Origin: Candidatus Obscuribacteraceae bacterium
GTDB lineage: Bacteria > Cyanobacteriota > Vampirovibrionia > Obscuribacterales > Obscuribacteraceae
DNA length: 64,000 bases
NCBI GenBank assembly: GCA_044226015.1
Contig: JBGAHS010000001.1
Coordinates: forward strand, 288,001-352,000
Direction: 5' to 3'
Numbering within the stretch: position 1 is the stretch's first letter; every line of letters begins with the position of its first letter. The translations under genes were made by a program, and so were the position numbers. Shown piece by piece: positions 32,029 to 41,626 of the stretch. A model generated the notes under the pieces. The model was not told where the DNA came from, ran no database searches, and worked only from the letters and a program-made list of their open reading frames with translations.

Positions 32029-32238
32029 TTAGGGCTTGACTGGAAGAACGTGGATCGCTTTGATGAGAAGTTCCACAGTGTCACCTGGTTTGAGGTTCAA
32101 TTCCTGTAGTGATTCTGTTGTAAGAACCGACGCCATCTCACACGGTCCCTTCACTTGAAACTTCACTAACGACATAATTTCGTCACTTTTGACATTGGTC
32201 ACTTCTGCGTGAATCTTGTTTCTTGCTCCGTAGTTCAT
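32029..32238 (-). CDS. mop: Molbindin/TOBE (Mop) molybdate-binding protein
   Basis: 69 aa; GARNKI, SVLTTESLQELNLKPGDTV, LIKAIHV. Confidence 0.88.
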   Translation of the reverse strand: MNYGARNKIHAEVTNVKSDEIMSLVKFQVKGPCEMASVLTTESLQELNLKPGDTVELLIKAIHVLPVKP

Positions 32239-32276
32239 TCTTATTTTTCCTGTAATAGCTGTAGTGTCGGGGATTC

Positions 32277-32519
32277 CTAGTATTGGTCAAACTCTGCTTT
32301 CGTCATTCTTGCTTGTCTGAGTATGCTGCGAACAACTGGAACAGAGAGTTCCTGATAGTGAGGAAGAATAGCCGTAATGATCTGGCCATCTTTCCTTTTT
32401 ACGAATTTTGCGTGATTGCCCAGCTGTTTTATTTCGTTGAAACCAGCTGCTTCTAGCTTGAAACGCACCCGCCGAAAGCTTAGCGGTTCTTGTATTTCTG
32501 CAAGTTTCAAATCACTCAT
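32277..32519 (-). CDS. hicA: HicA-family toxin (mRNA interferase)
   Basis: LEAAGF...QLGNHAKF...ILPHYQELSVPVVRSILRQA; start MSDLK overlaps the hicB end. Confidence 0.82.
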   Translation of the reverse strand: MSDLKLAEIQEPLSFRRVRFKLEAAGFNEIKQLGNHAKFVKRKDGQIITAILPHYQELSVPVVRSILRQARMTKAEFDQY

Positions 32520-32760
32520 TTGTGTGCACCCATGAACGAATATTCGATTGTGGATGCAACAATTGTGCTTCAGTGAGATCGCCGCAATATGCAATTTGAG
32601 CGCTGCTTGCCGGATTCTGAAATTGAAGCGTCAGAGACTCTTTAAGATTCTCAAATGCCTCTTCTTCATCGTTTCCCTGGCTTGCTACATCTACTTCTAT
32701 GCATTGAGCAATGTACCAGCCTCTTTCAAAAAACAAGACTGCGCTCAATTGCATTTGCAT
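32512..32760 (-). CDS. hicB: Short HicB-family antitoxin (no DNA-binding domain)
   Basis: GWYIAQCIEVDVASQGNDEEEAFENLKESL. Confidence 0.82.
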   Translation of the reverse strand: MQMQLSAVLFFERGWYIAQCIEVDVASQGNDEEEAFENLKESLTLQFQNPASSAQIAYCGDLTEAQLLHPQSNIRSWVHTNE

Positions 32761-32772
32761 GATTCTCTGCTT

Positions 32773-33135
32773 CTATTTAGCTTTTGATGCCGCTTTGAAG
32801 AAATTACTGAAAAGGTCTTCATTGAAGCCCACCAGCAATTTGTCACCAACTTTTATGCTTGGTGCTCTCAGGTTGCCGGTAGGACCAACCAGAGCATCTT
32901 TCAATTCCTGTTCTGAAGGACCATCTTTCAATTTTATGTGAGTGATGTTCTTTCCGCGCGCGCTGTAAATTTCGCTTACGCTTTCGGCGAGCTCAAGAGC
33001 TTCTTTAGCTCCCATGCTTTGCTTACGAGCATCAACCAGTTCACCAGATTCAATTTTGTTTCGCACAAGAAACTCTTGTGCCCGAGTGCAGGTGTTTCAA
33101 CCTTTACGATGATAGTGCCATTTGATTTGAGCCAT
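32773..33135 (-). CDS. ArsC/Spx-family probable selenoprotein (UGA at codon 13, UxxC)
   Basis: GGAGGA RBS, then ATG at 33135: MAQIKWHYHRKG-(TGA 33097-33099)-NTCTRAQEFLV, in frame with the track ORF carrying GPTGNLRAPSI...LLVGF; 120 aa. Confidence 0.85.
33063..33081 (-). promoter_or_regulatory. Bacterial SECIS-like hairpin
   Basis: mRNA GCACAAGA-GUU-UCUUGUGC: 8-bp stem starting 15 nt after the UGA, apical loop beginning with G. Confidence 0.72.
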
Positions 33136-33289
33136 TTTTATGTTCCTCCACTGAGACACATGGGCTACACAATGGAAGCATCATACGCCAAGCGGATTTG
33201 CACTACTCTAATTAAGTCTAAGATATGCTCAGGTGCATTGCTGGCAATCCAGTTATAATGCGCCTTTATTTGAATCAAAGGACCATCTT

Positions 33290-34057
33290 ATGTTACGGCT
33301 AACCAGGTTTTTGGCTATTTGTGCCAGTCTTCCACTTTGCTTGCAGCTCTCGGCGTCAGCACAGAGCGGGGTAAAAAGCGCTTCATCTTCAGCTGGCGAT
33401 GTCAATTCTAACGTAAGTGTCCAGGGAGCCTCTTCAATTCCTTTGCGTCCGGCTCCGCATGTAGCACCCGCTCAAGCATTTCCTCAGGCGCCAACTTCAA
33501 ATATCAATCAGCTTTCATCCCAGGGAATCTATTCCGAGTCACAGGGACACAAACACGGAGTTCTTGTGCGCGCACTGGGTGGCGCTGCTGCAGATGTGGG
33601 GCATGCGACTATTGGGTTGGTTTCTGCGATGGTTGCTAATCAAGGCATCGATTTGCCGCCAGATGATGCCAGTTCGCCTGAGTGGCCGTTCAACGAGCCC
33701 AATCGCAAAGCCATGTACTACATTACATGGGCTGATGGATCGACGGCGAAAATAAGTCGTCTTCCTGACGGGAGTCTGCAAATTCTTGGCTCGGGCAAGC
33801 GCTACGTAATGCAGCCCGAGGGGGAGGGCAGTTATGCAATGTTTGGTGATTTTGGAACAATGGCTTCGATGACTCCGCGCCCAGGTGGTGGTTACACAAT
33901 CGTCAAAGCTGATGGAACCACAGAACAAGTGATTCCTCGTGATGGCGGTGGTTTCGTAGTCGAAAATAAAAACGGCATAGTGGCTACTATTTTGCCAGGT
34001 GTGAACGGCTCAAGGCATATTCGTGGATCTGGCTACTCATCAGGTTTTATGCAGTAG
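33290..34057 (+). CDS. Exported hypothetical protein with Gly-rich beta-hairpin repeats
   Basis: Signal peptide (…LSASA); recurring P-x-GG-(Y/F)-x-I/V and ADG turns. Confidence 0.65.
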   Translation: MLRLTRFLAICASLPLCLQLSASAQSGVKSASSSAGDVNSNVSVQGASSIPLRPAPHVAPAQAFPQAPTSNINQLSSQGIYSESQGHKHGVLVRALGGAAADVGHATIGLVSAMVANQGIDLPPDDASSPEWPFNEPNRKAMYYITWADGSTAKISRLPDGSLQILGSGKRYVMQPEGEGSYAMFGDFGTMASMTPRPGGGYTIVKADGTTEQVIPRDGGGFVVENKNGIVATILPGVNGSRHIRGSGYSSGFMQ

Positions 34058-34989
34058 TGAACACATTGTTTCGTCGCCCTTCGCGCAAGGTAGTCTTATT
34101 ACTTTTTGCATTGCTGCTCGTCATTGTGGGTGGACTGCAAGTAGCCAGGGTTGCGGCGAAAGCTAGAAAACATGAGCGGTTTCAAAATGTGCTCAAAGAT
34201 ATCAACTATGTGACTGACGGGCACGATCCGTTTCAAACGCTAGATTTGTATGTACCGAAGCATCCGATTCGAACACCGATTCCTGTGATTGTTTGGGTTC
34301 ATGGTGGAGCTTGGGTCGCTGGAGATAAGAATCACCCTCCAGCTGCTGCTATTGCTGACCGCGGGTTTGCTTGCGTCAGCATCAATTACAGGCTGAGCAA
34401 TCAGGCTCCGCACCCGGCGCAAATAAACGATTGCAAGGCTGCGATTCGTTATGTGCGCGCTCATGCGGCGGAATTTCAAATTGACCCAAGTCGAATTGCT
34501 GTATGGGGACACTCTGCTGGTGGGCACCTTTCTGCGCTTCTAGCGACAAGCGGTGATGTGAAGGAACTCGAAGGCGAAATTTTGGGCAACAAAGAGCAGT
34601 CCAGCCGCGTGCAAGCTGCCGCTGAATGGGCGGGTCCGACAGATTTGACGACCTGTGGGCAGCAGGCTCCTAAGAACTGCAAAATCGATTTTAGTTCTCC
34701 GAGCAATCCTGTGGCTGTTCTAATGGGGCCGAATCAGTCTCCCGTGGCTTATCTTGGCGCAAGTCCTGTGCAATACGTGAGTAAGGATGATCCACCTCTG
34801 CTTATTGTGCACGCTGAAGATGATGATGTTGTGCCGGTTGGACAGGCTAAAGAGCTTGACGCGCTCTACAAGAGAATTGGGCTGGCACAGCGAACCCATA
34901 TCGCAAATCATGGTGGGCACGCACTTTCTAACCCCGAATTTGTTGACGAAACCCTTCGTTTTCTCACAGATGAGTTGAGCAAGAAGTAG
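34057..34989 (+). CDS. Alpha/beta hydrolase (HSL-type esterase/lipase)
   Basis: VHGGAW, INYRL, GHSAGG nucleophile, DDVVP, GGH. Confidence 0.92.
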   Translation: MNTLFRRPSRKVVLLLFALLLVIVGGLQVARVAAKARKHERFQNVLKDINYVTDGHDPFQTLDLYVPKHPIRTPIPVIVWVHGGAWVAGDKNHPPAAAIADRGFACVSINYRLSNQAPHPAQINDCKAAIRYVRAHAAEFQIDPSRIAVWGHSAGGHLSALLATSGDVKELEGEILGNKEQSSRVQAAAEWAGPTDLTTCGQQAPKNCKIDFSSPSNPVAVLMGPNQSPVAYLGASPVQYVSKDDPPLLIVHAEDDDVVPVGQAKELDALYKRIGLAQRTHIANHGGHALSNPEFVDETLRFLTDELSKK

Positions 34990-35286
34990 TTTCAAAATCT
35001 TTGCCTGCTGGAAATTTTGCTGCTTTTTCAAGCCATGAAAGCTGTGGCGCTCGCGGTTGAATGTCTGATGATGCTTTCTCTGAGAAGGTTTTGGGCTTGT
35101 GCGTTCTTGTGTTTCCTGGGCACCGAATGTAGTGTGCTTTCCCTAAACCCGCTCCCTTACAGTAAAGTCGCGAGCGCATTCCTTGACAACGCACCGCTTT
35201 TGATACTAAACTGTAATTAACCATGCCGAAAGAGCGGACTCAAAGCTTGTCCGACAGCTGGTTCCAAAATAAACAGGTAAACTAAA

Positions 35287-35487
35287 ATGAAAAAGATTGA
35301 TTTGATAGCCATGGTGCTTCTTCTAATTGGTGGCATCAATTGGGGCTTAGTAGGCGCATTCAATTACAATATCGTTGCGAATTTGCTGGGTGATGCTAGC
35401 ATGATGACCCGGGTTGTCTATGGGCTTGTTGGGCTTTGTGCGCTGTACTACGCGTATAAGTTCATGCAGAAAAAAGAAGCTGCTTAA
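35287..35487 (+). CDS. DUF378-family small membrane protein
   Basis: LLLIGGINWGLVG...RVVYGLVGLCALY. Confidence 0.88.
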   Translation: MKKIDLIAMVLLLIGGINWGLVGAFNYNIVANLLGDASMMTRVVYGLVGLCALYYAYKFMQKKEAA

Positions 35488-35614
35488 AAGCGAATTGGTT
35501 CATTTGAAATGCAGTTAGATTTGCGCAGCAAACTGAATTTGCTGAACGCCTGAATTGCGAAGGGCTTCCCTTAGAGGCTCGGATGCGTCGCGGTAATTTT
35601 TCCTGATGACTGCA

Positions 35615-35652
35615 AGCGGCCTGTCTATCTAGTACAGGCCGCTCTTTTTTTT
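35615..35652 (+). terminator. Intrinsic terminator
   Basis: AGCGGCCTGT...ACAGGCCGCT followed by a T tract. Confidence 0.75.
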
Positions 35653-35763
35653 GGGGATTGATCGCGCAATGGGCATGCCAAAAATATGCCAAAAATTTGA
35701 CCAGACTTTGCCAAGAGATAAAAGTAGTATCTCCTCATCGGGGTTTGGTTGGAGGATTTAGAG

Positions 35764-36273
35764 ATGGATTGGGAGCGTCAGTCACATTCGAACGATCAAT
35801 TTACCAGGAACGAAGGACGGCAAATTGCCAATGCCCTAGATAGTGGAAATTTGGGCTGGGCTCAGCAAATGATCAATCGCGACATGGACCTGTTTCGCGG
35901 TCAGCCCTGTGAGCAAGAGAAGTTATTGCATGCTATCGAACTTTATGATCGCAAGGGTGTCGGAGCCGATATTGAAGTTTACCGAGACAACTACAACCGA
36001 GTGAACTGGCAAGTCTCCGAAAACCGCCCCATGCCGTACAATGGGCAGTCCCCATGCGATCGTTATCAAAATTATCCCTGCCGTCCACCCCAGCCAGAAT
36101 ATCGTCCTTATTATGAAGGTCGCAACTACGGTTACCAGGGACGTGATTATGGATATCAAAGACCCGATGCCGGTTCGGCAATTGTTGAAGGGCTCGCCAT
36201 TGGTATGGGGGCAGCAATTGGCCAGCAAATTATTCGCGGTGCTTTCGGTGGTGGGCATCATCGCCACAGATAA
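35764..36273 (+). CDS. Hypothetical protein with Tyr/Gly/Pro-rich region and C-terminal glycine-zipper helix
   Basis: GGAGG RBS before ATG 35764; GLAIGMGAAIG helix; followed by a terminator. Confidence 0.65.
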   Translation: MDWERQSHSNDQFTRNEGRQIANALDSGNLGWAQQMINRDMDLFRGQPCEQEKLLHAIELYDRKGVGADIEVYRDNYNRVNWQVSENRPMPYNGQSPCDRYQNYPCRPPQPEYRPYYEGRNYGYQGRDYGYQRPDAGSAIVEGLAIGMGAAIGQQIIRGAFGGGHHRHR

Positions 36274-36323
36274 AATCAAGTTTCACTAACACATCAGCAC
36301 AGGCGAAAGCTTGTCTAATCCCC

Positions 36324-36359
36324 ACGAGCTGCGACCCCGAAACGCAGCTCGTACTTTTT
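36324..36359 (+). terminator. Intrinsic terminator
   Basis: ACGAGCTGCG...CGCAGCTCGT-ACTTTTT. Confidence 0.75.
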
Positions 36360-36415
36360 GCTGTCTAAAGTCGCTCTGCTAGACTATATGTGCATCCGAC
36401 CGTTCTTGCCTCTTT

Positions 36416-37513
36416 ATGCATCACCAATTCACTGTACAAGATGATTTGAAAAACAAGGGCTGGCTTTTCAATCCTGTGATGGACTTGTTGTTTGCCTGCG
36501 GTGGGCTATTTTGGCTGCTTGTGCTAATCCATATAAGCTTGGTTTGGGCTCTTGGGCGAAAAGTCGTGGACTTTCCATTCGAGATGGCTTTACTTTTTCT
36601 TGGCAATGTTGTTTTGAGCAATGCACATATTTCCAGTACTCTTTTGCGCTTGTATGGTGACAGAGTTGTTCGAAAGCGATTGTGGTATCACTCTTACTTA
36701 ACTGCGCTGATTTTTGCTGTGCTCATGCTTGCAAGCTGCTGCAATCCTATTGTTTTCACTGTCGCGATTCTCCTCTATTTGTCCTTCCAAATAGATCACG
36801 TCAACTCTCAGAACTATGGCGTAAGCCTTTTGTATTGCTATCGTGCTGGTTTTATATTGTCTGCGCCGGAAAAGGCTATGTTTAAGGTTGTTCACCATGC
36901 ACTGGGCTGGTATGCGATTCTTCGAACTATGACTTACCCTGCCTTTATTCCTCAATCAGGATTTGGCATTGAGCTGCCAATGCTGGGACCTCTTCCAGAG
37001 CTAGTCGTGAATATTTCTGGAGCCGTTTTGCTTTGCTCACTAATTTCGTTTTTTGTGTTGCTAATCAAACGAAGTAAAAACTCTGAAATCAGTATGCCTT
37101 TGCCGGCTGCGGTACTCTTTCTGACGAATCTCTTGATGTTTACAGCGCCAATTGGGTTTGCTCAAGTGTTTTATCTGTTTGGTTCAACATTCTTCCACTC
37201 TGTGCAGTATGTGCTTGTCTCTGCATTTTATAAACAACGAGAACAACAGCTTCTGTCCTTTGAGAAAAGTCTCCTGGGCTCGCAGCTTCGTTATTTTGTC
37301 AGCGTTACTTTAGTCAGCAGTCTCTTCATCGCTATTCTGCCGTTCGTCTTATCAAAGCTTTTCGCGCTTGCTTACGACAAAAGCTGGGTGATTGTTTTGG
37401 TTAGCGTAAGCTTGCACCATTTCCTGGCTGACCGCGAACTCTGGAAATTTAAAGACCAGCACAACCAAGCCATTCTCCTCAATGATGTTCATGAAATGGC
37501 ATCGGTGGGCTGA
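36416..37513 (+). CDS. Polytopic membrane protein of unknown function with conserved-looking His motifs
   Basis: About 9-10 TM helices; NAH, DHxxxQNYG, FHSVQY, LHHFLAD. Confidence 0.7.
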   Translation: MHHQFTVQDDLKNKGWLFNPVMDLLFACGGLFWLLVLIHISLVWALGRKVVDFPFEMALLFLGNVVLSNAHISSTLLRLYGDRVVRKRLWYHSYLTALIFAVLMLASCCNPIVFTVAILLYLSFQIDHVNSQNYGVSLLYCYRAGFILSAPEKAMFKVVHHALGWYAILRTMTYPAFIPQSGFGIELPMLGPLPELVVNISGAVLLCSLISFFVLLIKRSKNSEISMPLPAAVLFLTNLLMFTAPIGFAQVFYLFGSTFFHSVQYVLVSAFYKQREQQLLSFEKSLLGSQLRYFVSVTLVSSLFIAILPFVLSKLFALAYDKSWVIVLVSVSLHHFLADRELWKFKDQHNQAILLNDVHEMASVG

Positions 37514-37525
37514 AAAAATGTACCT

Positions 37526-37987
37526 TTACATCGTGGGAATTACTGTGGGGCAAACTTTAGCCTTTTCCAGAATGTCCTTGTGTAATTGTTGATACTTGTC
37601 GCCGCCCTGATTCGCTGGAATACGAACACATTCTTTTTCATAGGCCTCTGCCAGTGGGCTTTGCCATGTGTCGTATGGGAAATCGTGGCTCTTCTGGCGA
37701 CGGTACCAGATTTCCATATGGTCAGCCTTCCAGACGATAAGCAGCGGAATTGGCGTTCCCTCAGCATTCTTTTCCTGAAGTGTGCTGAGCCATGACTTAT
37801 TGATTTTCACGGGCGTACCGCCTGGGTAGACTTTAGCCTCCTTGTCTGAGAGCGCAACGATGATTTCAGGTGTACAAGGTTGAACAGCAACAAGAACAGA
37901 GTCGCCTTGCTTGCACCATCCCAGATTTTTGATGAAGTCAAGAAAACTGTCGAACATTAGGCTGGGACTACTTGTGGAATCTGTCAT
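37526..37987 (-). CDS. Hypothetical protein
   Basis: 153-aa ORF with AGGTG RBS and normal composition; no family recognised. Confidence 0.6.
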   Translation of the reverse strand: MTDSTSSPSLMFDSFLDFIKNLGWCKQGDSVLVAVQPCTPEIIVALSDKEAKVYPGGTPVKINKSWLSTLQEKNAEGTPIPLLIVWKADHMEIWYRRQKSHDFPYDTWQSPLAEAYEKECVRIPANQGGDKYQQLHKDILEKAKVCPTVIPTM

Positions 37988-38091
37988 CGCTTATCACCTG
38001 CAAACGTCTTCGTAAGCTTAGCGCTTTCCTGCTAGAATTTCCTTAATCCTCGAAGCGAAAAATTATTAGCTTTGATTTTTTTGGGAGTGTT

Positions 38092-38427
38092 ATGGACAGC
38101 GAACTTATAAATCTCGATGAGTTGAGAAGCCTGTATGGTGAAGACTCCGTTAGAGAACTGCTTGAAATGTCATTGAAGGAAGGGCGAACTCTTATTGATT
38201 CGCTGAAGACGGCAGTTCCGGCAAAGAATGCTGCAGTTGTTGCTGCTGATGCGCACCAGCTGAAGGGGATGTCAGCCACAATGACAATGAACAAGCTATC
38301 TGCAGAAGCTTACAAACTTGAGATGGTTGGCAAAAATAACTCTTTTGATGGAAGCGATGTGATGCTTGCTAACATCGTTTCTATGTTCGCTGATATAGAA
38401 CAACTTGTTACTAAGGTGCTTGCTTAG
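38092..38427 (+). CDS. Stand-alone HPt protein
   Basis: AHQLKG motif, 111 aa. Confidence 0.88.
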   Translation: MDSELINLDELRSLYGEDSVRELLEMSLKEGRTLIDSLKTAVPAKNAAVVAADAHQLKGMSATMTMNKLSAEAYKLEMVGKNNSFDGSDVMLANIVSMFADIEQLVTKVLA

Positions 38428-38674
38428 CGAACGTTTGACTCGCCGCTTCTCAAGCAAATTAATGACACTGTATTTGGTGCCTTGTGGATTTTGATTGTCC
38501 CTGGGCTGCGAACTTCTCTCCTTTACGTATTTGCTCACTTGTTTTAGATTTCTGAAAAAATAGCAAAGACTGCAAAGGAAATGACTGATTTAAGCGACTG
38601 TCAGGGTAGAATCAATACCCAATTACATAGGACTGCTTGCAAGGTTTTTAGAGCGAGCGGCTGCGGGACAAGAA

Positions 38675-39052
38675 ATGAAGATCGACAAAATATTAATAGT
38701 CGATGACGATGGTTACATCAGGAAAATCGCGGAAATCTCCTTGCGCAAGGTTGGCAAGTGGGATGTTCACATTGCTTGTTCAGGAACAGAAGCAATAGCG
38801 CTTGCGCAAGATTGCTGTCCCGATGTAATTGTCATGGATGTAACAATGCCTGAACTTGACGGACCTGCAACATTTGCGCGGCTTCGCGAGTGTGATCAGA
38901 CGGCGAGTATTCCGGTTATTTTTCTTACAGGTCGCGTACTTAATCAGGAAATTGAAGAATATCGTAAACTAGGGGTCGCCGGAGTGATCAACAAGCCCTT
39001 TGATCCCCTCAAGCTCCCAGAAGAGATCCGCAAGCTTTTGAACGCGGATTGA
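38675..39052 (+). CDS. Single-domain response regulator
   Basis: ILIVDDD, IVMDVTMP, FLTG, INKPF. Confidence 0.92.
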   Translation: MKIDKILIVDDDGYIRKIAEISLRKVGKWDVHIACSGTEAIALAQDCCPDVIVMDVTMPELDGPATFARLRECDQTASIPVIFLTGRVLNQEIEEYRKLGVAGVINKPFDPLKLPEEIRKLLNAD

Positions 39053-40341
39053 GGAGCTATCTTCAGTCCGAGGTTGCTGAATCGATGAAAGTTCATATTA
39101 TTGACCCAGATTTACGGTTTCGCCGTTTGCTGCTGGGGGCACTTGAACAATTTCCTGTGGTATGTTTGCAATCAACCAACTTAAAAGAGGCGGAACTCGA
39201 GCTTCCTGTCTCGCATCCAGATTTGATAGTTATGGATGGCATTCAACCTGACGGTGATGGGGTTGAATGGTTGCGGCAGAAGCGGAAAGCAGGTCTAAAG
39301 ACAGCTGTTTTCTTTTTCAGTTCTAGCTGCCATAGTACAGAGAACTTCTGTGAGTTGGTTAATGAGCTCGGCGTGAAAGTCGTTTTGCACAAGCCTGTTA
39401 CAGCTGCGTCATTGAACAGGTTGTTTGGAGAATATTTCACGGCGAAAAAAGAGCCGGTGAAATCTGCGCCGACAGATCTTGATGAAATCGAGCGTGAAAT
39501 CAAGGCGCTTTCCATTGAGTACATCAGAGAGCTGCCCGACAGATTTGCGGTTTTGAGCAGACAAGTGGCAGATTTGAAATTGGGTCGAGGCGAGCCTTCA
39601 ACTGCGAAAAATGAAGCTCACAAGATCAAAGGTACGGCTTCGTCTTACGGTGTTCATGATATTGGGGAACAGGCTGTAATAATTGATGACTGCCTCAAGA
39701 AAGTTTGCAACGAAAGTCAGGTAAACGCAGAGTTGTGGACCAGGCTGGAAGGCGCTTTGAAAGAGGCTTCCAGGCTTGCGGATAAGGCTGTGTCTAAATG
39801 TGATGATGGCTCAGCTGCTGCTCCTGCGGTGTATGACGAGCGAACCGCTATGTCAAATATTGGACTTTCGACATCGAAGGGACAGAGTATTGTTATCGTT
39901 GATGATGATGCTGATTTCACGCGAAGAGTGGCTTTGATTCTTGGTTACGAGGACATGAATGTGTACTCGTTTAATGACGCCCGGAAGATAATAGATGTTC
40001 TTGCTCATTTGAGGCCTGACCTGCTTATTCTCGACTTGAATATGCCAGATATGGACGGTTTTGAAGTCTGCAAGAAGATACGAATTGACGGTCGTTTTAG
40101 CAAGCTACCTATTGTGTTTTTGACTGCTCAAACGGGGTGGGAAACTCGCGTCGCAGCCTTTGATGCTGGTGCTGATGATTACATTCCAAAGCCTGTCGTA
40201 AATCAGGAACTCATTGCAAGAATCAGGGTGCGCGCTGAAAAGTCACGATTGCAAGAGGAAGTTATACGCGAGACTTCAGTCAATAAGTTGCTATGGCAAG
40301 CAATGTACCTTTTGCTAATGCAGCAAAGAGTGGCGAAGTAG
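39049..40341 (+). CDS. REC-HPt-REC phosphorelay protein
   Basis: REC1 (IVMDG, HKP), HPt (AHKIKGTASSYG), REC2 (ILDLNMP, FLTA, IPKP); alternative start at 39085. Confidence 0.88.
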   Translation: MRSYLQSEVAESMKVHIIDPDLRFRRLLLGALEQFPVVCLQSTNLKEAELELPVSHPDLIVMDGIQPDGDGVEWLRQKRKAGLKTAVFFFSSSCHSTENFCELVNELGVKVVLHKPVTAASLNRLFGEYFTAKKEPVKSAPTDLDEIEREIKALSIEYIRELPDRFAVLSRQVADLKLGRGEPSTAKNEAHKIKGTASSYGVHDIGEQAVIIDDCLKKVCNESQVNAELWTRLEGALKEASRLADKAVSKCDDGSAAAPAVYDERTAMSNIGLSTSKGQSIVIVDDDADFTRRVALILGYEDMNVYSFNDARKIIDVLAHLRPDLLILDLNMPDMDGFEVCKKIRIDGRFSKLPIVFLTAQTGWETRVAAFDAGADDYIPKPVVNQELIARIRVRAEKSRLQEEVIRETSVNKLLWQAMYLLLMQQRVAK

Positions 40342-40416
40342 TTTGAATTGTCTTCTTTCCTTGCGTGATTTTGCCCTAAGATAAGATTGAGCAAAACTTG
40401 CTAAACTTGGCACGTT

Positions 40417-41625
40417 TTGAGAAATACCTCAGCAATGATCTCTTGGAAACTCCCCGGACTCTGTACTATCTCACTTGTTGCCAGTTCACTGGCGCTTGGT
40501 ATTTTGGCACCACAGGTAGTGGCTGCTGATGATAAGGTGGATTCGCTGGCGCAATCAGTTAGTCCCGCGGAGCACCCCTGGGCAGATAGTCAATCAGAGC
40601 CGGGCAGTTATTCTTCTGGCAACTTCCAGTCACCACAAGGCAACTTCCAGTCACCACAAGGCAGCTACCAGTCACCACAAGGCAGCTACCAACCTCAGGC
40701 CTACAGTGCTCCTGCAGGTGGCTACTCTTCTCCATATGGTTATGCCCCGACAGGCAATTTCAGCGCTAATTTCAACTCGCAGCAGAATGCCCCAGCCCCT
40801 TTTTATGAGCAGCCATCCGCTGGTCTTATCAGTTCGCATGCAAATGCCTCTGTATTGCCTGATGGTCTCGTGCTGCCCTGTCAGCTGGATAGTTCAATTG
40901 ACACCAACAAAGTCGAAGAAGGCGATTCGGTGCAGGTGCACATAACGCAAAATATTTCATCGAGTGGCGTGGGTTATCTTCCTGGCGGAAGTCAATTTGC
41001 TGGCACCGTAGTGAAAGCCCCTGATGAAGGGCACTTCGGTAGGTCAGGAAAATTTGGTATTGAGTTTACTCAAGTTCGATTTCCCACCGGAACTTTGATA
41101 CCGTTGCGGGCTCATCTAGTTGGGCGCATCGGCACCTATATCTACAGACCTGAAGGCAGCGCGTCAGGCAATCTAATGAACTCTGCCTGGAGAAATGGTT
41201 TGGGTTCGGGGATGGGACGCGGGCTTGGTACCATGATGAGCGTCGGTTCTGACGGCGGCTATGGACCAGGTAATGGTGCTTATGTGGGCGCTTTTATGGC
41301 TGGCACATCGCAAATTCTCAACAGCATTTTTCTGCGCCGCCACCATGATGTTTTCTTGCATCCTGGAACAAAAATGCAGTTGCAGCTTGATGGACCTCTG
41401 AATTTACCAGGTTTCAACAATCGGCAAAATCTGCCGGGAACCGGGCCGAACACAGGCATATTTTTGTGTGTAGCTGATTTGCAAGCTGCTAAATCAATAG
41501 AAGAAGGTATTGATCAACTTGCGCAAGTTCAAAAGAATGAATGGCTTAAAGCCCATAGAAAAGCAAATGAGAGGTCTTGTCTGAAGATAGGCAAGAACAG
41601 CGTTAAAGACGGAGCGCAAATTTAG
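40417..41625 (+). CDS. Exported protein with low-complexity N-terminus and TrbI/VirB10-like beta domain with glycine zipper
   Basis: Signal peptide; 21-bp repeats encoding G(N/S)(F/Y)QSPQ; LPDGLVLPCQL, LPGGSQFAGTV, GRSGKFGIEF, GxxxG run. Family assignment is tentative. Confidence 0.55.
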   Translation: MRNTSAMISWKLPGLCTISLVASSLALGILAPQVVAADDKVDSLAQSVSPAEHPWADSQSEPGSYSSGNFQSPQGNFQSPQGSYQSPQGSYQPQAYSAPAGGYSSPYGYAPTGNFSANFNSQQNAPAPFYEQPSAGLISSHANASVLPDGLVLPCQLDSSIDTNKVEEGDSVQVHITQNISSSGVGYLPGGSQFAGTVVKAPDEGHFGRSGKFGIEFTQVRFPTGTLIPLRAHLVGRIGTYIYRPEGSASGNLMNSAWRNGLGSGMGRGLGTMMSVGSDGGYGPGNGAYVGAFMAGTSQILNSIFLRRHHDVFLHPGTKMQLQLDGPLNLPGFNNRQNLPGTGPNTGIFLCVADLQAAKSIEEGIDQLAQVQKNEWLKAHRKANERSCLKIGKNSVKDGAQI

Positions 41626-41626
41626 T

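Noticed and set aside
32773..33066. 97-aa ORF as the complete gene, or a pseudogene
   Set aside because: The RBS, ATG, UxxC position and SECIS-like hairpin favour a 120-aa recoded gene starting at 33135.
40417..41625. Type IV secretion or conjugation locus
   Set aside because: There is only one tentative TrbI-like domain and no other T4SS genes nearby.
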